From an uncultured virus (IMG/VR IMGVR_UViG_3300020595_000014) (taxonomy: Duplodnaviria; Heunggongvirae; Uroviricota; Caudoviricetes), in IMG/VR virus record IMGVR_UViG_3300020595_000014: a stretch of 64,000 nucleotides of DNA; one strand, 5' to 3'. The notes under the pieces are model-generated. The model had not been told where the DNA came from. It did no database searches and saw nothing but the letters and a program-made list of their open reading frames with translations. Position numbers and translations under genes: made by a program. The stretch's first letter is position 1. Each line of letters begins with the position of its first letter. Below, piece by piece: positions 22,334 through 32,382 of this stretch.

Positions 22334-24205
22334 TTAAAAGAGTACTATCTCACTATATGGGTACTTTAAATTAGTCACATTAAACTGTAAGTGCTTCATA
22401 ATGCTTAGCTGGTAAGTGTAAATCTTTTCAATACATCTATTAAATACTTGAGGTGTCAGAACTTCATTTACGCCAACGAAATTATCATAGGTGGGTTCTT
22501 GTACTACAGAAGCTGATAGACTTGATATACCTGTTAGTGCTAAAAGCCTCTCTGTACCATATGCTACATTGAATTGAAATTGAATATTTGAAGCAAGGTT
22601 GTCGTGATTGTAGAGTAGTTTCTGCAGACTCTTATTAAAAGTAATATTATTAAAATACTGTTCTTTAACTACTACATCTTTTCTATCATATATTTTAAAA
22701 TTAGCATCTTCTAATACATTTAAGAGATTATTAGGTTCATTAAACCTCATTAATCTATCTCTACCTCTATATTCATCACCTACCTTAACAGTATCTTTAT
22801 TAAGTATGAATAACGAGTCTCTATTCTCATTCTCTGCGAGGATTTTGGCGTCAAATATCTTACGAGTGCCAGTAAAATTAACACCCGGCAAGTCTGTGAA
22901 GTTAAAAGTACCTATCAGTTCATCTGTACCACTATACACCAGAAACTTAAATACGTTAGTATCGGTAATAATATAGTATATATTACTATCATTCTGTGAA
23001 AATAAAATACGTGTCGGGGTACCTGGTGACAGCTGACCAACATCCGGTGTATGAAGTATAGCTGTGGATCTAAACAATGAATCGATTTCTAATATAGTAA
23101 AATCATCAAATACGATAAACAATACCCCGGTCACAGCATTAACTGCAAAGTCCTTTACTTGTTTTTCCGTGAAAATGTTATTATTGTATTCCCTTAGCCT
23201 AGCTAGGTTATCTCCTAAGACGACTATTGATTTACGACCCTCGTTCCACGTATATATTTCATCGTTGAAATAATACATATTATTAACTCCAGATAGGGTA
23301 CTTTGGCCGGCAGTATTTAGTTTAAATCCTCCTGCGTTCAAAAGATCAAAAGAAGAGCCACCGAGAGATTTATCATTAATAACAGGATCGATGTATAATC
23401 TATAAATTTGGTTATGAAAAGAGTCACTGACATACAACGTGTCCATGTCATTCGTCGTAATATCAGTAATATTTTGAAACGGCTGTGAGAATAAACCGTC
23501 TGCTCTATCTGTGGACAGTACAAAAGTAGCCGTACTATCTGCATCAGGGGTATTTGCATTTATAAATACATGAAGGGCTGACGTGGTGTAATATATCGAT
23601 GCAAACGTGTTAGGTGTATCTACCGTCAGAGGGTTACTCGAGCTATTAAAGTTACCTATCAATTCAAAACCTCTCGCGTCTTGCAAGGCCAGATCACCTG
23701 TATCTGTATACGTACTGTTTAAATTTGTGGTGTAATTTAAGTACTCAGTAGGGTTGTTACCTGTTACTCCGATGAACCCAGTGTAGTTAAGTGGTAAATT
23801 ACTGTTACGTGCAAACGAGTAGTTATATAAATCTAAGAAATTTTCATATAGTTTAGTTAATTTAGTATTAATAGAATTTTGGTTAATAAACTCACTTGGC
23901 TGGAATCTTAGTTGTTCTAGGTTATTTGTAAGCTCAAAGTCTTGGTTCGCCGATCTATTGAAGAAGCTTCGCTCCATAATAAAATTACCTCGAATGTTAT
24001 CTACAGCTGACAAGATGCCGGTATTACTATCTACCACCCTACCACGATATATACGATTACCAGATACTGTATAGTACCCTATATAATCTTCTCCGTCGAA
24101 CTTGAAAGCATTGCCCTCTGTATACTTAAAAACATCCACAGGTACTCCAGTCCCCTGTAAGTTAATGGTAGACATGCTATTGCTATTTAGTGTATACTGC
24201 GACAT
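22334..24205 (-). CDS. virion structural protein (possible beta-propeller)
   Basis: ~623 aa; LYVSDSFHNQIY NHL-like strand; TATAAATA upstream. Confidence 0.5.
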   Translation of the reverse strand: MSQYTLNSNSMSTINLQGTGVPVDVFKYTEGNAFKFDGEDYIGYYTVSGNRIYRGRVVDSNTGILSAVDNIRGNFIMERSFFNRSANQDFELTNNLEQLRFQPSEFINQNSINTKLTKLYENFLDLYNYSFARNSNLPLNYTGFIGVTGNNPTEYLNYTTNLNSTYTDTGDLALQDARGFELIGNFNSSSNPLTVDTPNTFASIYYTTSALHVFINANTPDADSTATFVLSTDRADGLFSQPFQNITDITTNDMDTLYVSDSFHNQIYRLYIDPVINDKSLGGSSFDLLNAGGFKLNTAGQSTLSGVNNMYYFNDEIYTWNEGRKSIVVLGDNLARLREYNNNIFTEKQVKDFAVNAVTGVLFIVFDDFTILEIDSLFRSTAILHTPDVGQLSPGTPTRILFSQNDSNIYYIITDTNVFKFLVYSGTDELIGTFNFTDLPGVNFTGTRKIFDAKILAENENRDSLFILNKDTVKVGDEYRGRDRLMRFNEPNNLLNVLEDANFKIYDRKDVVVKEQYFNNITFNKSLQKLLYNHDNLASNIQFQFNVAYGTERLLALTGISSLSASVVQEPTYDNFVGVNEVLTPQVFNRCIEKIYTYQLSIMKHLQFNVTNLKYPYSEIVLF

Positions 24206-24274
24206 CAAAAGTATTTATATTAAAAAATCAATCTTCAAACTAATTTGCACTATTTATAATAAAACTGTATTAAC

Positions 24275-27200
24275 TTACACCGGCGAAGGTACATCACGTA
24301 ATATTTCAACACTATCTCCAGGTTCGAAATTATTACCTATACTGTAATCAAAAATAACATGAGTGACATTTTTTGGTAGGAAGGTCTTAACTTTTGATGT
24401 AAGAGTGTCAGATAGTATCTGACCTTCTTTACTCGTTAAGCCGCCATTCTTAATATATATCTTTACTCTATTTGCGAGGCTACCTGGTATAGTGTAGCTG
24501 AATAAGTTATCAATAGTTTCGGCATTGTTTCGTGTACCGGAAGTTATATCAAAATTTATAGGGTCGATCTCAGCGCATTCTAAGAACTCATAGTCTATTA
24601 AATCCTGGAAGAGCTGCGCATTATACGCTCGGAAATTTTTAACAGTAATAAGTTTGGCGTTGAAATTCTGATTCGTAATAAAATTTGAAATCGGCGTGAT
24701 ACTATAGTTCGGCTGACCTATAAAAAAGCTATTATTCAGATAATTCTTAAGAGGTCTCATACCTACTGTTATGTTAATATTGGCTACCTCGGTACCATTT
24801 ACATTCACTGTCGTCTTACCGGTTAGCAGATCACAGTTCAGTGCAATACAATTCTTACCAGGTATTAGGTTCGGTATTATTATTATATCACTGTTATCGT
24901 CTAGGGCACCTTCACCTCCACTATAGTTAACAGACCAGTTACCACTTGATATGTCACTCCATATACCATCCGCGGTATCCCAGATTATATCAAGTGGTGA
25001 ACCAGCATAATCATTATCAAATCTAGTTAGTACGCAAAACTTATTTTCATACTCTTTGAATGTTTGTTCCATACTATATACATTAGTAGGGTTTTCGAAG
25101 TTACCTAATTTAGTACCGAAGTCATATCCGAGGTCAGCACCTGTTATTGGTAGTGCATATGATGATAGTGTATAGCCGCTTGATGTAGTAGGTGTAAGTG
25201 TAATTTTATCTGCGATTAGCTTACCATTAATATCCTTTGAAAACACTAATGGTTTAGTTATGTAATCTTCTGTAACAAAATCAATCTTATGTCCTGAGAC
25301 TGCGGAGGTGGATAAAGTAAAGCTCGAGAGTAACTCTCTCTCGGTATTGAAGACTTGGAGGGTATTATCAGTCTGTATATAAAGTTCCTCATTAAAAGAA
25401 TTAATATCCCATATTTTAGTGTTCGTCGAGAGGGCTAAGAATGTAGTATCTTGTATAAAATCCTTAAATATTACCTTATCCGACATACCGTAATTACTAC
25501 CAGTACCACTTATAGCTGCTCCTAAAGTATCATTTAAGTTGACACCTCTCAGCCCTCGCATCGTACCATACTCAGTATTATTATTCCGTCTAATTATTGA
25601 TTCATCTGCAGCTGTAAATACTTCAGTTGATGGCTGACAGATTAAAGTCTGTGTATCGAGATCCCAAGCTCCTGGAGCAATAGAATTAAGGTCCTTAATT
25701 AGTACCTTCGAACCAGCTCCATACATTACGCGCGAACTATAATCAGAGGCGACAATATCTGTTACAATTTGGTCACTATTTTCCTTCTGGACATCGCCTG
25801 TATAAGCTACACGCATGATTTTATCACCACCTGGGCCTGAGCCGACGACTACAATATCTGTACTCTTACTAACATATAAGATATCCTTAATAATTGTTAA
25901 AGATGGTATTACCGTCGTTTTAACTAAGTTAAAATCTGTGTCGTAGTAATAAATGGTATTACCTTCATATAGGTATATAAGCGGGGTAAAGTAAAAGTTC
26001 TTAAGAATGCCTAGACCTCCATTAAATAGGTTGCCTGCTAATTGAAATGCTTTCGGGTCTTCGAGATTCGGTATATCTAATTCAAAAGAGAGATTCAAGC
26101 CATTAACCTTTCCGCGGTTATCTGCAAGTATGGAGAATGTATCGTAAGCAGATGCATTAACAGTTAATGTATCAGTAGAAGGTCCGATATAAGCTGGGTC
26201 GTCGTTACGCCTAGGAGTGAAGTTTCTCTTAACCAGGTCCCCGGAGAGTTTATTTAAAACAGTAGATACAGATTTATGACCTATACGTGCATAGTAATAT
26301 ACGCCATTAGGCTCGAACATTAATGTGCTTTCAATATCGACGTAGTTCAGCTCATTAAAACCAAGTGTATCTACTATTTGATCAATTACAGGAGTCGACT
26401 CGGATAATGGTATCGGTGGGTTGTTTAAATTACCCTCTTCTGCCTCAACGCCAGTAATATCTTGAGGTAGATAGTATCTATCATACCATATACCTGCTAC
26501 CCCATTATCGTATAACCAGCTACATAAGTACTCTCCATTTTCATTAAGATTATTAGTAACGTCTTCTCGATTACCAATATCTTTATATATCCTATCACTA
26601 AAGTAAGGTGAATCAGCTGCATATGCCCCTGCAGCCTGCAACCCAGCATCATTGAGATTGATCTGAGTAAAAGGTAATATGTTATCGGGCAATACAAATT
26701 TCGTAAAGGTATCCGGTCGGAAATTATACTCTACTGTATTAAAGTTATATTGTAGCCTTAAGAACTCTTCCGATGTTTCCTGCGTCTCGTTATTCAATAT
26801 AGATGAATACTGTCTCTGCATTTGTTTATCTACGAACGGTAAATTTTTATTAACGTTATGGTGATTAGATATCTGATTTTTTAAGTTAAAGTAATTTAAA
26901 TTAGCGCATATATTACCGTTCTTAATATAATTATCCTCATAATTACTGTACATTAAGAAGTTGTACTTATTACCGCTTAGTGTGTTATCTTCATCTATAT
27001 CTGCGCCAGAAACATAATACACAAAATTATTACTTACATCCAGGTATTTTGTATTCGGTACACCACTATTAGATAGTGTGATTGTGCCGGCCTTATAGTC
27101 AGTAAAACTCGGTGAAGGTATAGTAGTTAATGCACTACCATCAACACTAATTAAACTTGAGGTTAGTGCGCCTGTAGCTGTTTCGCCTTGCAAGGATAAC

Positions 27201-27760
27201 CGCAAACTGGCATCACTCCGAATAGCGTTAAAGTATGTAGTTGTAACTAACCCGTCAATATTAGGTATTGTATCAAAAACTAACTGATCTGTTTCAGCGT
27301 GATAAGCTAAGTACTTTCTGTTATCACCGTCATATGTAAAGACGCTGCAATATAAATCATTTTCAATAGTGGATAATAAAACAGTGAACGATTGTGCACT
27401 AACATTATTAAAGGTAGTTACGCTCTGTACACTTGAGAGAGTACTGTTATTCCTATCTATTGTAAGATACCCAGCTGGGTTATCACCAAATTGTAGTGTT
27501 GTTGCGAAGCTATTTACTATTTCTTCTGGTTGATTAAGATCAAAGATATCCTGCTCAGTTTGAGGATTCGTTAAGTATGTTGTGGTGTAGTTTTTATTTA
27601 ATACATCATTAGCACTCAACAGGAAGTTATATTCCAGTAAACTCATTCCCTGCTGGGTAGCGAATGGATTCGGAATAGAGAGATCTAACGCCCTATCAGG
27701 ATCCTCCAGCATAAAGTTAACTGGTCTGATATTACTATAGCTCTTTATCTCAACAGGCAT
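24275..27760 (-). CDS. large virion structural protein
   Basis: 1161 aa; TAAATA upstream; possible LamG-like C-terminal strands. Confidence 0.55.
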   Translation of the reverse strand: MPVEIKSYSNIRPVNFMLEDPDRALDLSIPNPFATQQGMSLLEYNFLLSANDVLNKNYTTTYLTNPQTEQDIFDLNQPEEIVNSFATTLQFGDNPAGYLTIDRNNSTLSSVQSVTTFNNVSAQSFTVLLSTIENDLYCSVFTYDGDNRKYLAYHAETDQLVFDTIPNIDGLVTTTYFNAIRSDASLRLSLQGETATGALTSSLISVDGSALTTIPSPSFTDYKAGTITLSNSGVPNTKYLDVSNNFVYYVSGADIDEDNTLSGNKYNFLMYSNYEDNYIKNGNICANLNYFNLKNQISNHHNVNKNLPFVDKQMQRQYSSILNNETQETSEEFLRLQYNFNTVEYNFRPDTFTKFVLPDNILPFTQINLNDAGLQAAGAYAADSPYFSDRIYKDIGNREDVTNNLNENGEYLCSWLYDNGVAGIWYDRYYLPQDITGVEAEEGNLNNPPIPLSESTPVIDQIVDTLGFNELNYVDIESTLMFEPNGVYYYARIGHKSVSTVLNKLSGDLVKRNFTPRRNDDPAYIGPSTDTLTVNASAYDTFSILADNRGKVNGLNLSFELDIPNLEDPKAFQLAGNLFNGGLGILKNFYFTPLIYLYEGNTIYYYDTDFNLVKTTVIPSLTIIKDILYVSKSTDIVVVGSGPGGDKIMRVAYTGDVQKENSDQIVTDIVASDYSSRVMYGAGSKVLIKDLNSIAPGAWDLDTQTLICQPSTEVFTAADESIIRRNNNTEYGTMRGLRGVNLNDTLGAAISGTGSNYGMSDKVIFKDFIQDTTFLALSTNTKIWDINSFNEELYIQTDNTLQVFNTERELLSSFTLSTSAVSGHKIDFVTEDYITKPLVFSKDINGKLIADKITLTPTTSSGYTLSSYALPITGADLGYDFGTKLGNFENPTNVYSMEQTFKEYENKFCVLTRFDNDYAGSPLDIIWDTADGIWSDISSGNWSVNYSGGEGALDDNSDIIIIPNLIPGKNCIALNCDLLTGKTTVNVNGTEVANINITVGMRPLKNYLNNSFFIGQPNYSITPISNFITNQNFNAKLITVKNFRAYNAQLFQDLIDYEFLECAEIDPINFDITSGTRNNAETIDNLFSYTIPGSLANRVKIYIKNGGLTSKEGQILSDTLTSKVKTFLPKNVTHVIFDYSIGNNFEPGDSVEILRDVPSPV

Positions 27761-27794
27761 CTTAATTATATTTAATTAGAGACTACGTCTCGAA

Positions 27795-28463
27795 CTATAC
27801 CCAGTCAGATCTATTTGTACCTAGACCATTACAGGATAGACTGTGTGTGACAACAAACTTATCCTCGGCCACCCGATACACCTCCATGGACGAGAAGGGT
27901 ATCTCACCTGCTGCACCACTATATCCAGAACTCAAAGTATCATTGACTGATAAAATTGTAACACCAGGACCGGCGCTGAGGTAAATTGGCAGTTCTCCGG
28001 TTTGAATGAATTTAACACTCCATCCAACCGGTAATTCCTCCTGAGTGCTATTAGGTATAGTAGCATTCATACGCTGTGGTGAAGAGGGAGGATTAATGGC
28101 ACCACCAGATATACATACAATGCTGTTACCATACTGTGTTAGTGTTTCACCAGCACCTGGCCATTCGAAAGGCTCACTAGGGGCATTAAGAGTCTCTATA
28201 TTTATCACCTCGCGTGTATTCCTAGGCATAAAGCTGCTCGCTAGACCTAAACTTATATCTTGACCACCGGATAAATAACTACCACCGTTAACACCAGGAT
28301 TCACAATATCAAAATTCCCGGTTGTAGTTACCGAAGCTGGTATATTGCTAAAGAAATTTTCAATTGTAATACTCTTTGAAAGATCCTGTTGTACTATATA
28401 TATTAAGTCTGAAGCAGCCGTATCGCTTACGCCGTTTAATTCTGTTAATTTGAAATTAGCCAT
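27795..28463 (-). CDS. fibre-associated structural protein
   Basis: N-terminal FKLTEL anchor motif shared with 18535 (IRISEL) and 34232 (RITDL). Confidence 0.5.
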   Translation of the reverse strand: MANFKLTELNGVSDTAASDLIYIVQQDLSKSITIENFFSNIPASVTTTGNFDIVNPGVNGGSYLSGGQDISLGLASSFMPRNTREVINIETLNAPSEPFEWPGAGETLTQYGNSIVCISGGAINPPSSPQRMNATIPNSTQEELPVGWSVKFIQTGELPIYLSAGPGVTILSVNDTLSSGYSGAAGEIPFSSMEVYRVAEDKFVVTHSLSCNGLGTNRSDWV

Positions 28464-28474
28464 GTTATTTATAT

Positions 28475-30439
28475 TTATGATGCTGATGTTAATATACCAT
28501 TAATGGTTAGGTTTTGAATTTCCATAGGCATATGACCTGAGTATGAAATCCCCAACTTAACGCCAGCTGGTATTTGTTCTAAGTTAAATCCTGTACTGAA
28601 AACTTGTTGAGTTTCATATATGCCGTTTTCACGTATATATAGAACAACATCTTGTAGGTTCCGTTTAAATCCAACTCTTAGAAGCTTCCACCTATCATCG
28701 ATAGTTGAATAACCATCTTCAGGTACAACAGCACCTTTAAAGTCAAACGTACATAATTCTGCTGATCTAGTGCTCTGTAATGCAGATAATGCCCTAACAC
28801 TGAATACCTTTGATGATAATGTCTCAGTACCGCCACTATAAAATCCATCTTGACTACCTGATAAACTAAAAGCTCCGTTGTTATCTACACAAGCTAATAC
28901 TAATGCACCGGATAGGAATGAACCGAAAGATGTAGGGTCAGTCAATCTTGTAACTGGCTGAGTTAGGTCTGTTAAAACGCTAGCCCCAGGGCCATCGAGT
29001 TCATAAGCATTGTCTATCGACAGACCATATTTGGTTGTAAATCCTGATAATGTTAAATCGACTGTACTAGCTGTAGAAAGAGCATATGTATTAGAGCTGT
29101 TATTGGTAACGTACCAACTTGGTATCTCCCATGGAAATAAACCACTAGCAGAAGAGACTGTAGTGTAGAAGCAGTTTGTGCTGCTGCCTGGCTCGGCTGT
29201 TGTATATCTAAACTCCCACCCATTTTGAGGACTACCATATTTAGAATCGTTGTAAGTATATCTGAATTCAGAAGTACCGGCTGAGTCAACCCATGCAGTA
29301 TCTGCATTCCACCCCGCACTTGTAGGTGATTCCACTAAATCTTTAATCACGAATAAGGTTAACCCGCCAACAGTTTGCCCAGGGCCAGCAGTCCAAGAAG
29401 AGTCATTTTGACGAACATGAATCTCTGTTAAGCCGTTATTTCCGCCTAGTGAATTAACTCCTGCATCAACAATCGATTTATTCACATAGCAATTAACCCT
29501 CGTTAAGGCTAGCACGCTGCCTCGATCACCTGGGAAACCGGCAGTCGGCTGCGCAAACGCATTTGCTCCAATACTTGTTACACTACTTGGAATAGTTATC
29601 GATGTGATACCGCCCCCGTCGTCAAGAGTGCCAGAGGTTGCAAAGGCCGCTTGACCAATAGTTATAACACCTTCAGGAATTATTACTTCACCTTCTAGCT
29701 TCTCCATTTCGTAAAATGCTGCATCTCCTATATTTACCAATCCACTATCTAAACTTATTGATGTAAATCCCGTACCTTGAAAGGCTTGAGTGCCAACATC
29801 AGTTACACTATAAGGTATTAGTAATTCCGTAGAATTTAATCCGGAAGCTACGTTCGAATATGTAAAGGCTTGGAAGCCAACTACAGTACAGCTTGTTCCA
29901 ATTTCTAAGCGAGTCGCAGTCGGGTAAGATGAGCCGCTAGTGTTCCAGTTATCTGGTATATCTGTTGTTATGGAAACTACTGGAGTACCACTCGTATCAT
30001 ATAATACTGTTGGGGTTGCAGGTGGTAGTGGAGCTGATCCAAAACTCCTATAATACCTATTCGGTACGGGGTTATCGCCGCTTAGGAAAATATTACCAGG
30101 TACGTGAGCAACATCAAAAGCAGAAATTGCCGTGCTACGCGAGGGCCCGTCAATGCCGGAAAAGTTCGACGTATCTACTGATGCATCAAAGAGATATAAA
30201 CATAGATTCTCAAACTCATTAGAGAAATTATAACCAAGTGTACCAGTCGGGTTCTGTCGCGTAGGCTCAAGTGCCAGTAGGCTGCCGCCGAAACTACCTC
30301 CCTCGAGTCTTAATGCACCTAGGTTTTCCTGCTCTTCGTTTGTACGTACTAGAGATACAATTAAATCTTCCCTAGGATCAAATACTTCGTTGTATAAGAC
30401 TGTGCTACTGAAATGGTATATAGACGTTCCCTTACTCAT
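28475..30439 (-). CDS. mosaic protein with BspA-type (LRR_5) repeats
   Basis: IPYSVTDVGTQAF, IPEGVITIGQAAF, IPSSVTSIGANAF. Confidence 0.7.
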   Translation of the reverse strand: MSKGTSIYHFSSTVLYNEVFDPREDLIVSLVRTNEEQENLGALRLEGGSFGGSLLALEPTRQNPTGTLGYNFSNEFENLCLYLFDASVDTSNFSGIDGPSRSTAISAFDVAHVPGNIFLSGDNPVPNRYYRSFGSAPLPPATPTVLYDTSGTPVVSITTDIPDNWNTSGSSYPTATRLEIGTSCTVVGFQAFTYSNVASGLNSTELLIPYSVTDVGTQAFQGTGFTSISLDSGLVNIGDAAFYEMEKLEGEVIIPEGVITIGQAAFATSGTLDDGGGITSITIPSSVTSIGANAFAQPTAGFPGDRGSVLALTRVNCYVNKSIVDAGVNSLGGNNGLTEIHVRQNDSSWTAGPGQTVGGLTLFVIKDLVESPTSAGWNADTAWVDSAGTSEFRYTYNDSKYGSPQNGWEFRYTTAEPGSSTNCFYTTVSSASGLFPWEIPSWYVTNNSSNTYALSTASTVDLTLSGFTTKYGLSIDNAYELDGPGASVLTDLTQPVTRLTDPTSFGSFLSGALVLACVDNNGAFSLSGSQDGFYSGGTETLSSKVFSVRALSALQSTRSAELCTFDFKGAVVPEDGYSTIDDRWKLLRVGFKRNLQDVVLYIRENGIYETQQVFSTGFNLEQIPAGVKLGISYSGHMPMEIQNLTINGILTSAS

Positions 30440-30517
30440 TAATATTATTTAAGACGGTTAAACCTTTATTCTATAGTTGACCTTTGGAGTTTAGTGTATA
30501 AAATAATATATATATAT

Positions 30518-31417
30518 ATGGATAAGGAGGAATATTTAATTTTTAACCCTGAAGGAGGGCTAGGTAAAATTATTGCATCTACGGCTGTCACAAGAAATAT
30601 TAAAGCTGCCCACCCTGAGAGAAAGATCATCGTTGTTACTCCATGGCCTGAAGTATACTTAAACAATCCTGATGTATACAGGGTATTTAGATCCGGTGTT
30701 ATTCCATACTTCTATAAAGATTATATAGAAGGTCGTAATACAATCATACTCAAAGGCGAGCCTTATTTCAATACAGGTCACCTATACAACAAGCGAGTAC
30801 TTGCTGAGTCCTGGTGTGATACTCACAGCATCAAATGGGATGGCGATAATACGCCCGGTTTATTCTATACGCCTGCAGAGGTGGAAAGAATGAGTAATCA
30901 GTTTGCTCGCTCTAAACCCACTCTACTACTACAGACTAATGGTGGTATGTTCCATGATAATGAGATAGGATATTGTTGGACGAGAGATATTCCTAACGGT
31001 CAGGCTCAAATACTCGTAGATAATCTAAAAGAACAATACCATATACTACATGTAACGAGGCCAAACTGTCCAAGCTTGCATGGAGTTGAAGCGTTACCTG
31101 AGATAGATAAACGTACATTAATGCTATTACCCGGGATCGTTCAAAAACGTATACTTATCGATAGCTGTCTTCAGCATGCAGCAGCTGCATTTAGCGTCGA
31201 GTCTTCTGTACTATGGATTGGTACGAGTCCAGATGTATTCGGTTATGATGTGCATAAGAATTTTAAGCCGACCGTTAAACCTATCGAGGGGCAGAATACT
31301 GCTGGTATTGACAGCTTCCTATTCGATTACGACTTTAATGGACCGGAGCATGAATTCCCGTACCCGCAATCAGATATATTTAACCTGCAGGAAGTATTTG
31401 ATTCAGTAAATAACTAG
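30518..31417 (+). CDS. GT-B glycosyltransferase (GT9/heptosyltransferase-like)
   Basis: GGLGKII and IDSCLQHAAAA motifs; TTGACC-N16-TAAAAT upstream. Confidence 0.7.
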   Translation: MDKEEYLIFNPEGGLGKIIASTAVTRNIKAAHPERKIIVVTPWPEVYLNNPDVYRVFRSGVIPYFYKDYIEGRNTIILKGEPYFNTGHLYNKRVLAESWCDTHSIKWDGDNTPGLFYTPAEVERMSNQFARSKPTLLLQTNGGMFHDNEIGYCWTRDIPNGQAQILVDNLKEQYHILHVTRPNCPSLHGVEALPEIDKRTLMLLPGIVQKRILIDSCLQHAAAAFSVESSVLWIGTSPDVFGYDVHKNFKPTVKPIEGQNTAGIDSFLFDYDFNGPEHEFPYPQSDIFNLQEVFDSVNN

Positions 31418-31638
31418 ATACTATCTTCCTCTGAAAACGGCTTAATATCGTTATCGATAATATATTGTTCAATTTCTGCTTTATCGTCTCCCTTAACCAT
31501 TACATCCGGAGATGATGTATATCCACTACACTGCATTAGCGGCGAAATTGTGTCTAAATTAATCGAACTATATATCATCCACCAATCCGTCGATGATGTC
31601 TGAATATTGTCTACTTCTGTTATAACTTGATATGCCAT
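31414..31638 (-). CDS. hypothetical protein
   Basis: 74 aa ORF in the minus-strand run. Confidence 0.55.
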   Translation of the reverse strand: MAYQVITEVDNIQTSSTDWWMIYSSINLDTISPLMQCSGYTSSPDVMVKGDDKAEIEQYIIDNDIKPFSEEDSI

Positions 31639-31645
31639 AGTATTA

Positions 31646-32374
31646 TTAGTTTGTACTTACAGACCACCCTCTACCAATGAGGGTATTCTTATTTGCAATA
31701 CCTGCTGCTGATGGAGCTGAATTACCCGACCCACCAAGGTTTATTACACAACCACTCATATTTGTGGTTCTATTAGCATCAACGACAGCTTGGAGTACAT
31801 TATCAACCGCGGTTTCTGTAAGGTTATTGTTGTTTAGGAAAATCCGACGAAGCGCAGTCGGAAAACCCCCGGTAAAGTCTGTGAGACTATTACCGTCAGC
31901 TAGAAGATAATCTAGGTTTGGTGTGTTACTACAGTCTGGAATAGACCCAGTGAAGGAATTATCGTAGACGTTGAACCGGAACATGGATGGAAACTCTATC
32001 GACGCTGGTAGGGTACCAGTCAGATTATTACCACCAACATTTATAAGTCTCAGTTCAGTATTTTGAGAAATATCCGGAAACGATCCGGTAAAGCCATTAA
32101 CCATAACCCAGAAATATTCTAAGCTGGTCATACCAGTGATGTCCGGAATGGGTCCGCTTAGTTGGTTTTGCGCTGCTAGCACCACTTTTATATTAGGATT
32201 TTCTGCATACCCTGTAAACTCTGCTATGTCATTCCCGTCACATCTTATTTCTTCTAAATTTGGAAAAGCAGAAACATTAAGAGTACCACCAAGTTTAGGA
32301 GAACTATTACCGACGTCGATTTGCGTCACTGACGAATTACCATCTACGGGAGCTATACTCAACAATGTTGCCAT
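31646..32374 (-). CDS. leucine-rich repeat protein (NxLSGxIP type)
   Basis: NQLSGPIPD, NGFTGSFPD, NNLTGTLPA, NSFTGSIPD. Confidence 0.8.
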   Translation of the reverse strand: MATLLSIAPVDGNSSVTQIDVGNSSPKLGGTLNVSAFPNLEEIRCDGNDIAEFTGYAENPNIKVVLAAQNQLSGPIPDITGMTSLEYFWVMVNGFTGSFPDISQNTELRLINVGGNNLTGTLPASIEFPSMFRFNVYDNSFTGSIPDCSNTPNLDYLLADGNSLTDFTGGFPTALRRIFLNNNNLTETAVDNVLQAVVDANRTTNMSGCVINLGGSGNSAPSAAGIANKNTLIGRGWSVSTN

Positions 32375-32382
32375 AATAATAT

